Assembly (NCBI GenBank): GCA_964356375.1
Contig: CAYHGT010000004.1
Coordinates: 1-57,492 of the forward strand
Origin: an uncultured Candidatus Saccharibacteria bacterium
GTDB taxonomy: Bacteria; Patescibacteriota; Minisyncoccia; UBA6257; GWB1-50-10
DNA length: 57,492 nucleotides
Direction: 5' to 3'
The position numbers were made by a program, and so were the translations under genes. Shown here piece by piece: positions 36,454 through 44,862 of the stretch. Every line of letters begins with the position of its first letter. Position 1 is the first letter of the stretch. Under the pieces are notes generated by a model that did not search any database, was not told the DNA's origin, and saw only the letters and a list, made by a program, of their open reading frames with translations.

Positions 36454-37233
36454 TTAGATGAAGAAAATTAAGATTCCGACGACTATCATTGCAATACCCG
36501 CCCATAATCGCACCCCGCTCATATTTGTTTTTTTCCAATCCTGCACCTTAGCCAAAAGCACTTTGTCCGCCGCAATCCAAAGCACCGCAATCAGTGGCAC
36601 TGCGAGAATCAGATTATAAAGAACAAGATATCCGAAACCCGCAAAATAGGTAACCTGGTCACGCAAAAGTCCTATGACCATAAGATATGGACCACCCATA
36701 CATGGGAACTGGCAAATGCCAACCAGAAGTCCAAGCCCGAACGCCGCGGGAAGCGACGCGCGCTCCATAAGCCGTCCCATTGCAGTATGCGAGACCGATG
36801 GAATTTTGAGTTTGAGCGGAAACTCTGGGAAAAACCAATTGATAAGATTTATCACACCAAATCCAATGAGTAATGTAGCGCCAAGTTTTCCCATGAAGTG
36901 TGGCGTGCTAAATAAATGAAGTACCTTGAGAATTCCGAGTCCAATCAGAAAATACGCGGTAAAAATGCCAGCAATATATATTCCTCCTATTTGTAATATC
37001 TTTTTTCTCGTCATCTGCATGCTAAATAAGAATGCGATGGTAATAAGAAGAATTGAGAATGAACAAGGATGAATGCTGTCCAAAAGCGATGAGATAAGTA
37101 CGAGTGGTAAAAGCCACGTACCTTTATTGCTTAGATTCCACACGAGCGTTGCGGTACCGGAACTATGATTTAATACCACGAGTCCGATAATGACCGCGAG
37201 AACTACGGAAAGAATAATGAATATTCTTTTCAT
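36454..37233 (-). CDS. CcdA/DsbD-family thiol:disulfide membrane transporter-like protein
   Basis: 259 aa. Has LDSIHPCSF and FPCMGGPYL, and is a clear paralog of 10245..11027. Confidence 0.7.
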   Translation of the reverse strand: MKRIFIILSVVLAVIIGLVVLNHSSGTATLVWNLSNKGTWLLPLVLISSLLDSIHPCSFSILLITIAFLFSMQMTRKKILQIGGIYIAGIFTAYFLIGLGILKVLHLFSTPHFMGKLGATLLIGFGVINLINWFFPEFPLKLKIPSVSHTAMGRLMERASLPAAFGLGLLVGICQFPCMGGPYLMVIGLLRDQVTYFAGFGYLVLYNLILAVPLIAVLWIAADKVLLAKVQDWKKTNMSGVRLWAGIAMIVVGILIFFI

Positions 37234-37238
37234 GTGAA

Positions 37239-37757
37239 TTACGGGGTTACTACCGCCTTGATTTCCAACTGAATCCTCCCGCCAGCTTCATCAGTCAAAA
37301 ACACATATCTATCAACCGCTCCCACGCCAGACGGTCCGTGTGCATTCGGATCATATACGACCTTTATATCTCGCGATTCTCCCGCCTTGATGACTTCGTT
37401 CGTCTTTGTGATTGCGCCGCCATGACCAGGCATTCCATATGGTCCTTTTTCTCTGCCAGCATTTACAATATATGCGGTAGTGCACATACAAGAAGTTTCT
37501 ATATTTACAAGTTTCACATCCTTGTCTGAAGAATTGGTGACTTTAAATATTTTATTTGTCATTCCATTCGCCATTGAGATTGTGCCAAAATCATAGAGTG
37601 TCTCGGAGGCGACGAGCGAGCCCTGCTGCGTTTCACCACTTTCCAACGCGCCTTGTATGGATGCCGCAGTTCCACCCTTTTGCGTGGTACCCCAAATAAT
37701 GAGACCGACGAACAGAATACTTGTAACAAATACGGTAATTATTGTTTTTGATTGCAT
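37239..37757 (-). CDS. DUF1573-domain protein (membrane anchored)
   Basis: The ORF extends to 37826; ATG at 37757 gives MQSKTIITVFVTSILFV. Contains YDFGTISM...FKVTNSSDKDVKLVNIETSCMCT. Confidence 0.7.
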   Translation of the reverse strand: MQSKTIITVFVTSILFVGLIIWGTTQKGGTAASIQGALESGETQQGSLVASETLYDFGTISMANGMTNKIFKVTNSSDKDVKLVNIETSCMCTTAYIVNAGREKGPYGMPGHGGAITKTNEVIKAGESRDIKVVYDPNAHGPSGVGAVDRYVFLTDEAGGRIQLEIKAVVTP

Positions 37758-37852
37758 AAATATAATTGAATTAATTAATGTACGAAACAGAAAAACGCGC
37801 GAATGTGCGCGAAATAAAGCACCCAAAAGCTAACGCTTTTTAGGTGCTTCCA

Positions 37853-38266
37853 TTATAAGGACGGCGAATTCTCAAAAAGAGAGAGCCAGCGCGTAATTTT
37901 TCTATAAGATGCGACTGATGGCGAAATAGCGCGACTATATTCAAATGATTTTGAAGATTCAAGTAGGCGAACCCGTACCAATGTGAATGCCACAAGCAAC
38001 ACAAAAAGAAAAGAAATTATGGAAATTACCGCGCCAAATTGCGTGGGAATGCTAAAAAGCGATTGATACGCAAACATCTTATGGAACACCACCGCAAATG
38101 TGTCTTGTGGGCAAAGTGATGCTCCAAATGCAGAAAACGGGCACCCACCCTGCATCCGCCCATTCTGTTCGTGTGTCATTGCCGTAAGGCCCAAAAACAC
38201 AAGCATCATAAATGACACGAGCGTAAGCATTACCGTTATTTGTTTATGTTTTTGGAAAAACGACAT
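37853..38266 (-). CDS. Small membrane protein, unknown function
   Basis: The ORF starts at TTG 38290; ATG at 38266 avoids overlap with the upstream gene. Three TM helices. Confidence 0.5.
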   Translation of the reverse strand: MSFFQKHKQITVMLTLVSFMMLVFLGLTAMTHEQNGRMQGGCPFSAFGASLCPQDTFAVVFHKMFAYQSLFSIPTQFGAVISIISFLFVLLVAFTLVRVRLLESSKSFEYSRAISPSVASYRKITRWLSLFENSPSL

Positions 38267-38276
38267 GATTAATGTA

Positions 38277-38537
38277 TTATTTATTTTCAAGACTGGAATT
38301 GTGCATCCAGACCATATACATACCGAATATCATAGCGAACACACCAACAAGAATCGCGCCCCAAATAGTGCTGGACCACGTAAGCCACGTGAAGCCCGGA
38401 ATTGTCTCAAACAATGCGTGATGTAATTCAATGCCACGCATTGAACGGAACGGAATCAGCCCACCCGCCACGCACACCGCATATACAATCTCCATTCCAA
38501 ACACGCATTTCGTAATATATTTTTTATACGAGAGCAT
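38277..38537 (-). CDS. Small membrane protein, unknown function
   Basis: 86 aa with two or three TM helices. Confidence 0.45.
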   Translation of the reverse strand: MLSYKKYITKCVFGMEIVYAVCVAGGLIPFRSMRGIELHHALFETIPGFTWLTWSSTIWGAILVGVFAMIFGMYMVWMHNSSLENK

Positions 38538-38561
38538 AGATATAGTATAGATTAATTAAAG

Positions 38562-38801
38562 TTAATTTGAAAGGATGTCTTTTTTCATGGTCCTAAACTC
38601 CTCCTTGTTAATCTCGCCCTTCGCATAGCGCTCCTCCAATATATCTAGCGCCCGTCCGCCGGACTTGGAACTGTCATGCTTCGCTTCACGCACAATCCAA
38701 ATAATAAATAGCACGAACAATGCCCAAAATACGAGCATCATAAGCCCGCCACCAAACCAACCCATCATTCCGTCAAAGCCATTATATAATCCGTACATCA
38801 T
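38562..38801 (-). CDS. SHOCT-domain small membrane protein
   Basis: 79 aa with a Gly/Met-rich TM segment. C-terminal LDILEERYAKGEINKEEFRTMKKDIL is the SHOCT pattern. Confidence 0.65.
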   Translation of the reverse strand: MMYGLYNGFDGMMGWFGGGLMMLVFWALFVLFIIWIVREAKHDSSKSGGRALDILEERYAKGEINKEEFRTMKKDILSN

Positions 38802-38827
38802 AGTTGTTTAAATTTATTTTTCGCCAG

Positions 38828-39028
38828 TTATTGATTCTTGTTATCTACATGAAAAATGCGGTGAAGCCCGCACCAACCAAGAAAACTCTCAACGAGTGCT
38901 ATTACGGCTACTACAAATACTAACGTATTTACCCAGCCAATACCAAATTGTGGTGCGAGCGGACTAAGCCACAATATTCCCAAAACAAACCTGAAGATTC
39001 TATCTAATTTTCCTAAATTTTGTGTCAT
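38828..39028 (-). CDS. DUF2892 (YgaP-like) small membrane protein
   Basis: 66 aa with N-terminal NLGKLDRIFRFVLGI and two TM helices. Confidence 0.6.
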   Translation of the reverse strand: MTQNLGKLDRIFRFVLGILWLSPLAPQFGIGWVNTLVFVVAVIALVESFLGWCGLHRIFHVDNKNQ

Positions 39029-39064
39029 AAATATATGTTATTTTAATTTATCGTATTCGACCTT

Positions 39065-41335
39065 TTATAATTTCATTGTTTTTAATCTGAGCGAATTACT
39101 CACGACCGATACGCTTGAGAGCGCCATTGCAAGGCCGGCAAATATCGGATTCAAGAGCCAACCGAATAGCGGATAAAACGCACCCGCCGCAAGTGGAATG
39201 CCAATTACATTATACGCGAAAGCCCAGAAAAGATTCTGCTTGATGCCACGCATGGTTAGTTTTGAAAGTGATATTGCTTTTACAAGCTTTGAAATATCTC
39301 CATGAAGGAGCGTGATTCCAGCTGATTCAATAGCCACGTCCGTTCCCGTTGCCATTGCAATACCAATATCGGCTTGCGCAAGCGCGGGCGCATCATTTAC
39401 ACCATCCCCCGCCATTACAACAATCTTTCCCTCTGCCTGGAGCGCCTTTATTTTATTAAGTTTATCTTCCGGCAGAACTTCTGCCACCACATCATCAATG
39501 CCAACCTGCTTTGCAATATAATTTGCAGTGTTCTTATTATCACCCGTCAACATAACTACTTTGATACCAAGCTTATGGAGACGTTGGATCGCTTCAACCG
39601 CCTCCGGCTTAACTGCGTCCGCCACCATTACAATACCAAGTATCTCTTTCTTAGTTGCAAAAATAATCGGCGTCTTTCCGTTATTTGTCTCTTCCTCAAT
39701 CAATTTTTTATCAAACGGAAGTTTCAAATCCTCAATAAGACGCGTATTGCCCGCAAAATACTCCACGCCACCAACGTTCGCGCGAACCCCCTTACCTTTT
39801 ATCGCCTCAAACTCATCGACAGCGAATACTACATTTTTTTTCTCCTCGGCATACGAAATGACAGCGCTCGCAAGTGGGTGTTCTGATTTTTTCTCAAGCG
39901 AGGCGAGAAGCGCAATAAATTCGTCGTCACTTTTGTGCGAAAAATTTTTAATTGAGACAACCTCCGGCCTTCCACGCGTTATAGTTCCCGTTTTGTCCAC
40001 CACAACTACGTTCGCTTTATGCAACTTTTCAAGTGTCGCTGCGTCTTTAATCAAAATTCCTTCACGCGCACCCTTACCTACACCAACAATAATTGCAGTC
40101 GGTGTGGCAAGACCAAGCGCGCACGGACATGCGATAACAAGCACGCTCACAAACGAGACCAAACCAAAGGAGAGCGCCTGCGAAAATGAAAGATACTGTG
40201 ACCCAATAAGAAGCCAAGCCCCAAGAGACGCGAATGCGATAACCAAAACAATCGGCACAAACACACCAGATATTTTATCTACAAGCGCCTGAATCGGCGC
40301 CTTACTGCCTTGCGCCCCTTCTACCATCTGAATTATGCGCGCAAGCATTGTTTCCGAACCAACCCTCGTCGCTTTAAATGTAAAAGCTCCACTTGTATTA
40401 ATGGTACCAGCAACTATTGTATCCCCAATACTTTTTTTCACAGGGAGTGGCTCACCCGTAATCATTGATTCATCTATATATGAAGAGCCCTCGGTAATCA
40501 CGCCGTCAACGGGAATTTTTCCCGCAGGTTTAATCACAATAAGGTCACCGTGTACCACATCGGATATCGGAATTTCAACCTCACTTCCATTTCTAATAAC
40601 GGTGGCGAATTTTGCTTGTAAATTCAAAAGTTTTTCAATCGCATCGCCGGTTTTCAATTTTGATTTTGATTCAAGATATTCGCCAAGATATACAAACGTG
40701 ATAACAACAATAACCACATCAAAATACAAATTTTCAACATTGATATATGAGGAGAGCGATGCGCTAAATACCGAAACTATAACGCTATACAAATATGCAA
40801 CGGACGTACCGATACCAATAAGTGTGTCCATATTTGCCTTTCCATATCGCAAAAATCTATATACACCGAGCAAATATGGTTTTCCTACTACAAAAAGAAC
40901 CCATGTGGCTGCAAATGGTAAGGCATATGAAAATGCAGTATTAAGACCAGCTGATCTGAGCGCTACAAGACCAATCTTTGCGAGAATATCCCAAATAATA
41001 ACGAAAAAACCGAACGCAGAAAGTGGAATAGCAAAAATTAACTTGCGCTTCATCTCTGCAAGCTCGGCAAGTTTTTCCACTTTTTGCGTATTCATTCCAA
41101 CGCGCTCCGCGTGTTCAATCCGTTCATCCTCAATAATCAAACTATACCCGAGCGGTTCAATCCGCTTGGAAAGCGCCTCGGCGTTTATTATATGTTCGTC
41201 GAAATTTGTTTTTATTGTTTCCGTGCCAAAATTAACATCCGCGGAAATAACACCTTTAGTGTTGCGGAATTCTTTCTCTATGGTAATTGCGCATGAAGCG
41301 CAACTCATTCCTCGTATTTTAAATGTTTTTTCCAT
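39065..41335 (-). CDS. copA: Copper-translocating P1B-1-type ATPase
   Basis: 756 aa with the N-terminal HMA GMSCASC, the TM6 CPC motif, DKTGTIT and GDGVNDAPAL. Confidence 0.93.
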   Translation of the reverse strand: MEKTFKIRGMSCASCAITIEKEFRNTKGVISADVNFGTETIKTNFDEHIINAEALSKRIEPLGYSLIIEDERIEHAERVGMNTQKVEKLAELAEMKRKLIFAIPLSAFGFFVIIWDILAKIGLVALRSAGLNTAFSYALPFAATWVLFVVGKPYLLGVYRFLRYGKANMDTLIGIGTSVAYLYSVIVSVFSASLSSYINVENLYFDVVIVVITFVYLGEYLESKSKLKTGDAIEKLLNLQAKFATVIRNGSEVEIPISDVVHGDLIVIKPAGKIPVDGVITEGSSYIDESMITGEPLPVKKSIGDTIVAGTINTSGAFTFKATRVGSETMLARIIQMVEGAQGSKAPIQALVDKISGVFVPIVLVIAFASLGAWLLIGSQYLSFSQALSFGLVSFVSVLVIACPCALGLATPTAIIVGVGKGAREGILIKDAATLEKLHKANVVVVDKTGTITRGRPEVVSIKNFSHKSDDEFIALLASLEKKSEHPLASAVISYAEEKKNVVFAVDEFEAIKGKGVRANVGGVEYFAGNTRLIEDLKLPFDKKLIEEETNNGKTPIIFATKKEILGIVMVADAVKPEAVEAIQRLHKLGIKVVMLTGDNKNTANYIAKQVGIDDVVAEVLPEDKLNKIKALQAEGKIVVMAGDGVNDAPALAQADIGIAMATGTDVAIESAGITLLHGDISKLVKAISLSKLTMRGIKQNLFWAFAYNVIGIPLAAGAFYPLFGWLLNPIFAGLAMALSSVSVVSNSLRLKTMKL

Positions 41336-41351
41336 AGAATTATGATTTAAA

Positions 41352-41639
41352 TTAATTTAAAATATCGTATATTTTCATCAACTCTTTCACGGCCTCGCTC
41401 TTATTTGCTTTCAATTGATTTAATGCGCATGCATCCAAGTGACCCGCGAGAAGTTCTTTGCGAAGCGTCTTCAAAAGTCCAGACACGCTGTCCGCCTGCT
41501 GAATGATTTCGGGACAATATGCGTCCGCCTCAATCATTGCAATTACTTTTGTAAGTGTGCCCTGCGCTTGTCGCGCGAGCTTCAATGATTTCGCCTTCTT
41601 AGCGGAAAGCGGTTTGTGTGGATGTGGACAGTGTTTCAT
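41352..41639 (-). CDS. csoR: CsoR/RcnR-family metal-sensing transcriptional repressor
   Basis: 95 aa. DUF156 pattern with the Cys-His-Cys ligand set (DAYCPE...GHLDAC). Confidence 0.85.
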   Translation of the reverse strand: MKHCPHPHKPLSAKKAKSLKLARQAQGTLTKVIAMIEADAYCPEIIQQADSVSGLLKTLRKELLAGHLDACALNQLKANKSEAVKELMKIYDILN

Positions 41640-41657
41640 TGGGGGTTTGTTATATTG

Positions 41658-41674
41658 AACCTCCCCCCCAGGTT
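41658..41674. promoter_or_regulatory. Candidate CsoR operator AACCT-CCCCCCC-AGGTT
   Basis: A GC-tract pseudo-palindrome 19 nt upstream of the csoR ATG. Known CsoR operators are G/C-tract palindromes. Confidence 0.4.
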
Positions 41675-41766
41675 ATACCTTCGGCTTTTAATAGTCAAAC
41701 ACCCACTCCTGTGGACATCTACTTCCTCTCTCGCGCTCCTAACTCATTACTCAGTTCTCATTACTT

Positions 41767-42165
41767 TTACTCGGTTGTCTTCTCGTCAAAGTGGTCCGCC
41801 TCGTCTTTTATGGCATCCGCCTTTGTTTTATGAATCGTGCCGTCCTTGTGTTCCGCGGGAGAATAAATGGTATAGAGCTTCATCTCCTTAAGAGGTGAGG
41901 TATTAATAATGTTGTGTTTCGTGCCCGCAGGGACAACAACCACAAAATCCTTTTTAATCTCGTGTCGCACATCATCCAAAACCGCGGCGCCCTCCCCTTC
42001 TTCCACGCGCAAAAACTGGTCCAAATGATGCACCTCTTCGCCAATCTCTTCTAATGGCTTCAAACTCATCACGACAAGCTGAATGTGATGCGCAGTATAG
42101 AGTACCTTCCTAAAATTCTCATTTTCCAGTGTCTCCTTTTCAATGTTTGCAATGTATCCTTTCAT
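41767..42165 (-). CDS. Cupin-domain protein
   Basis: The ORF track extends to 42324, which runs through the tRNA-Ala gene. ATG at 42165 gives MKGYIANIEKE. Contains the cupin motifs EVHHLDQFLRVEEG and VVVPAGTKHNI. Confidence 0.75.
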   Translation of the reverse strand: MKGYIANIEKETLENENFRKVLYTAHHIQLVVMSLKPLEEIGEEVHHLDQFLRVEEGEGAAVLDDVRHEIKKDFVVVVPAGTKHNIINTSPLKEMKLYTIYSPAEHKDGTIHKTKADAIKDEADHFDEKTTE

Positions 42166-42202
42166 GTCTTTATTATACGCTTTTCCTGTTCGCTCATCGC
42201 AA

Positions 42203-42230
42203 TAAAAACAAAAAAACCCATTAAGGGTTC
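42203..42230 (-). terminator. Terminator downstream of tRNA-Ala
   Basis: On the minus strand: AACCC-TTAAT-GGGTT followed by TTTTTTGTTTTT. Confidence 0.6.
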
Positions 42231-42240
42231 TTTTGTTTTG

Positions 42241-42311
42241 TGGACCCAGCGAGAATCGAACTCGCGCCTGCGCAATGCGAATGCGCCATAATACCACTTT
42301 ACTATGGGCCC
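42241..42311 (-). tRNA. tRNA-Ala: tRNA-Ala (anticodon CGC)
   Basis: A manual cloverleaf fold works: acceptor GGGCCCA/TGGGTCC with G3:U70, anticodon loop TTCGCAT, T-loop GTTCGATTC. No CCA is encoded. Confidence 0.85.
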
Positions 42312-42369
42312 AAAAACAAGACATCTACAATTGTAGCGAATCTTTACGGATTTACAATATCGGAAAACA

Positions 42370-44124
42370 CTATTCTCCTTTTAGATTTTTCAGCTCATCC
42401 AACTCCGATTTAATATCTTTTTCTATTGTTTTGATATCTCCCGCAAGATGTTTATACTGTTTGTTATTTGTATGCCTGCCTGCGCCCGATGACGATTCTT
42501 TTGTTTCGCGTAAATCTTTTTCAACGTGTTGAAGGTCGGAATCTAATTTTTCCTCAAACTTCTTCACATCGCCAAAAAATCTCTTGCGCATCTTGAGTAA
42601 GCGCGAATAGAAATATATTGCAACCGCGATAATCAATCCAAGCGCAATAATCATTGCCATTCCAATAATGCCGTACTCCCCAATACTTGCGAGCATATTG
42701 GACAGCCAACCCCCAACCTTAACCTGCTTCTGCTCACTTTCCTCGCTACGAGCGCCACGATCGTCTGCAAGATATGCCGAGAGTAAATATTCACCCGCGG
42801 TAAGCCTATCAGAAATCGTTATTGCCCACGTACCATCGTTATTTATAGGAACCTCAAACACATTGCTGTTACTCCCACCGCGCAACAACACTGCTATGCG
42901 CTTAGTAAACGCCACAACATATTTAGGAACAAATCCGCTTATCAATAACGGTTTTTGTGGCGGACTCACATTATAACTATAGGAAGTTATCTCGGGAGCC
43001 TGAAGTGGCTTGATATCAACTTGAAGTAGTCCATCAGTATAATTGCGAGCACTGTCGTATGCACGCACCAAAATAAGATGGCTTCCCGGCAAAAGCGCAG
43101 GCACAATATATACATTGCCACGCTTTAGCGGTCCCGCATCAATGATTGCTCCACTATCAATACTAATGGTATATCCGCTAATCGGAGAGGTTGTATCTGT
43201 CGTATTGAATGAGAGCGCAGGACTTGGATTGGTGGGGTCATCCTTATCCACGCGCACAACTGCAAATGGCTTCGGCTCCGAAAAATCCATAAGCACTGCG
43301 CGCGAAGCGGATGGTCCCCACCCATTTTTGTTATGCAGTCGCACATAGAAATACCATATCCCGTCCTTGTACTTTGAGAGATCGTACGCGACACTATCAA
43401 TGAGTCCCTTGCTCATGGGCGAAAGATAATAATTGGAATCCCTTACAAGCGCGTACGCGACGCCATCCACATCGCTTGCCAAATTCCAGGACATTTCAAA
43501 TGATTTTGATGCATACCACGCGCGCTCATTTGAATACGTTCTAGAAAAAAACAGGGGGGCGTCGGGAACACCAAACGCCTGAGCGGGAATTTCTCCCTTT
43601 GGTGTTGGCAAATCTGCGGATCGTGATGCCACACTAATCTGATATGTGGGCTCCTGATTGAATGATATAATATTCGTTCCAAACCCGTTATTTGCAAGAA
43701 TAGCACCATCTGTAACTTTAAGTTTTGCAATTCCAGAACCGAGCGCTTGAAATGTAATTGAAAAAGCGGTTCCGCTTGAGCCAGTAAATCCCGGCGTGGG
43801 AAGTCCTCCGCTGAATATTATAGTGCCATCTATATTAGAATATGTTGGATCCTGAACCCAAAACTTGAAAATGGAGTTCGCTTTTGAAACGCTTGTGACC
43901 TTGAGCAACTTCGTGGGGAAAGATATTGTCGCATCTGCGGCATTTATGGCGTTTCCTTTTGTGTCAATTGAGACCGTAACCAAAATAGTAGAACCGCTCA
44001 TGTATGCTCCGCTTGTAGGAGTAAACACGAACCCTGCGCCGGAATCGCTTTGCGCGCGAGAAATAAGCGGCGCATACGTCGCTAACAAAACAAAGAACAG
44101 AAAAAATGTTAGTTTCTTCGCCAC
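42370..44124 (-). CDS. Cohesin-like domain surface protein with C-terminal TM anchor and cytoplasmic coiled coil
   Basis: 584 aa with a signal peptide and a cohesin-like N-domain (GSTILVTVSIDTKGNAINAADATISFP...IIFSGGLPTPGFTG). An Ig-like module with SPISGYTISID...VRAYDSARN follows, then a TM helix and a KE-rich tail. Confidence 0.7.
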   Translation of the reverse strand: MAKKLTFFLFFVLLATYAPLISRAQSDSGAGFVFTPTSGAYMSGSTILVTVSIDTKGNAINAADATISFPTKLLKVTSVSKANSIFKFWVQDPTYSNIDGTIIFSGGLPTPGFTGSSGTAFSITFQALGSGIAKLKVTDGAILANNGFGTNIISFNQEPTYQISVASRSADLPTPKGEIPAQAFGVPDAPLFFSRTYSNERAWYASKSFEMSWNLASDVDGVAYALVRDSNYYLSPMSKGLIDSVAYDLSKYKDGIWYFYVRLHNKNGWGPSASRAVLMDFSEPKPFAVVRVDKDDPTNPSPALSFNTTDTTSPISGYTISIDSGAIIDAGPLKRGNVYIVPALLPGSHLILVRAYDSARNYTDGLLQVDIKPLQAPEITSYSYNVSPPQKPLLISGFVPKYVVAFTKRIAVLLRGGSNSNVFEVPINNDGTWAITISDRLTAGEYLLSAYLADDRGARSEESEQKQVKVGGWLSNMLASIGEYGIIGMAMIIALGLIIAVAIYFYSRLLKMRKRFFGDVKKFEEKLDSDLQHVEKDLRETKESSSGAGRHTNNKQYKHLAGDIKTIEKDIKSELDELKNLKGE

Positions 44125-44855
44125 TTATATACAGTATATACCAATGCTAAGATTATTACTGCGCCGATTGCCACTGCGTATAACTGAATATTCAAAACTG
44201 TGATTAATGTAGATATTGACTCGGTTCGCGCATTCCCAGCACTGTCATATGCGCGAATCTCAAGCGTGGTAACGTCTGAATTTATCACATACGGACTCTC
44301 CGCATTCCTCCAATCGCCCATGCCCCTCGCAGTTGTTTCTCTAACCTCGTATTTTTGGATACCAGAATCCAAATCGCGCGCGGAAAATATCACAACAGGA
44401 TTACTGCCAAATACTGTTGCGTCGCGATAGATTTCTGGCGTAAATGGCTCTGGAGGAACGGTGTCACGAGAGTAGGACGAGGATGCGTATGAAACATTCG
44501 CATTTGGAACAAATGAAATACCTACTACTCCCACCTCTGTTCCCTTCCCATCACTCAAATAAAGCGCGGTATCGTTGGAAAATGAAAGTGAAGAAACTGG
44601 TGTGCGAAGTGTAAAGCGGAAAATAACCATATCGCCCGTAAATCCATTCGGCAAACCACCCGCGAATTGAATTCCCCCCGCCCCAACGCTCGGAATTGTT
44701 TTCCAAATTATTCCATCGCTATCTTTCATAAGGATTGACGCGATTGCGTTTGTATCGGCCATCTCTACAACCCCACTCCATGCGTTTACCGCCATATCAG
44801 TTTTGGCGTGCACCGCGATTATATTTCCATTTTGTTCAAAATAAAAATTGGTCAT
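44109..44855 (-). CDS. Cohesin-like domain protein, C-terminally TM-anchored, no recognisable signal peptide
   Basis: The ORF extends to 44903; ATG at 44855 gives MTNFYFEQNG. Contains GGIQFAGGLPNGFTGDMVIFRF and SGIQKYEVRE...IRAYDSAGN, paralogous to 42370..44124. Overlaps that gene's start by 16 nt. Confidence 0.65.
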   Translation of the reverse strand: MTNFYFEQNGNIIAVHAKTDMAVNAWSGVVEMADTNAIASILMKDSDGIIWKTIPSVGAGGIQFAGGLPNGFTGDMVIFRFTLRTPVSSLSFSNDTALYLSDGKGTEVGVVGISFVPNANVSYASSSYSRDTVPPEPFTPEIYRDATVFGSNPVVIFSARDLDSGIQKYEVRETTARGMGDWRNAESPYVINSDVTTLEIRAYDSAGNARTESISTLITVLNIQLYAVAIGAVIILALVYTVYKWRRN

Positions 44856-44862
44856 GTGTATA

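Noticed and set aside
39528-41345. Long plus-strand ORFs (254 and 336 aa) antisense to copA, and similar ones antisense to the second ATPase (30607..31431), ppsA, uvrB and the glycerate kinase gene
   Set aside because: These are antisense shadows of well-supported genes. Their products are Ser/Pro/Thr-rich with no motifs.
27430-42311. Metal island as a tRNA-Ala-integrated genomic island
   Set aside because: No integrase is present. No convincing direct repeat of the tRNA-Ala 3' end occurs at the far border; the only candidate is a 10 of 17 match near 27477. Composition looks like the rest of the window.
41767-42324. Full-length 185-aa reading of the cupin ORF
   Set aside because: The N-terminal 53 codons run through the tRNA-Ala gene and its terminator. 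The internal ATG at 42165 gives a normal cupin N-terminus.
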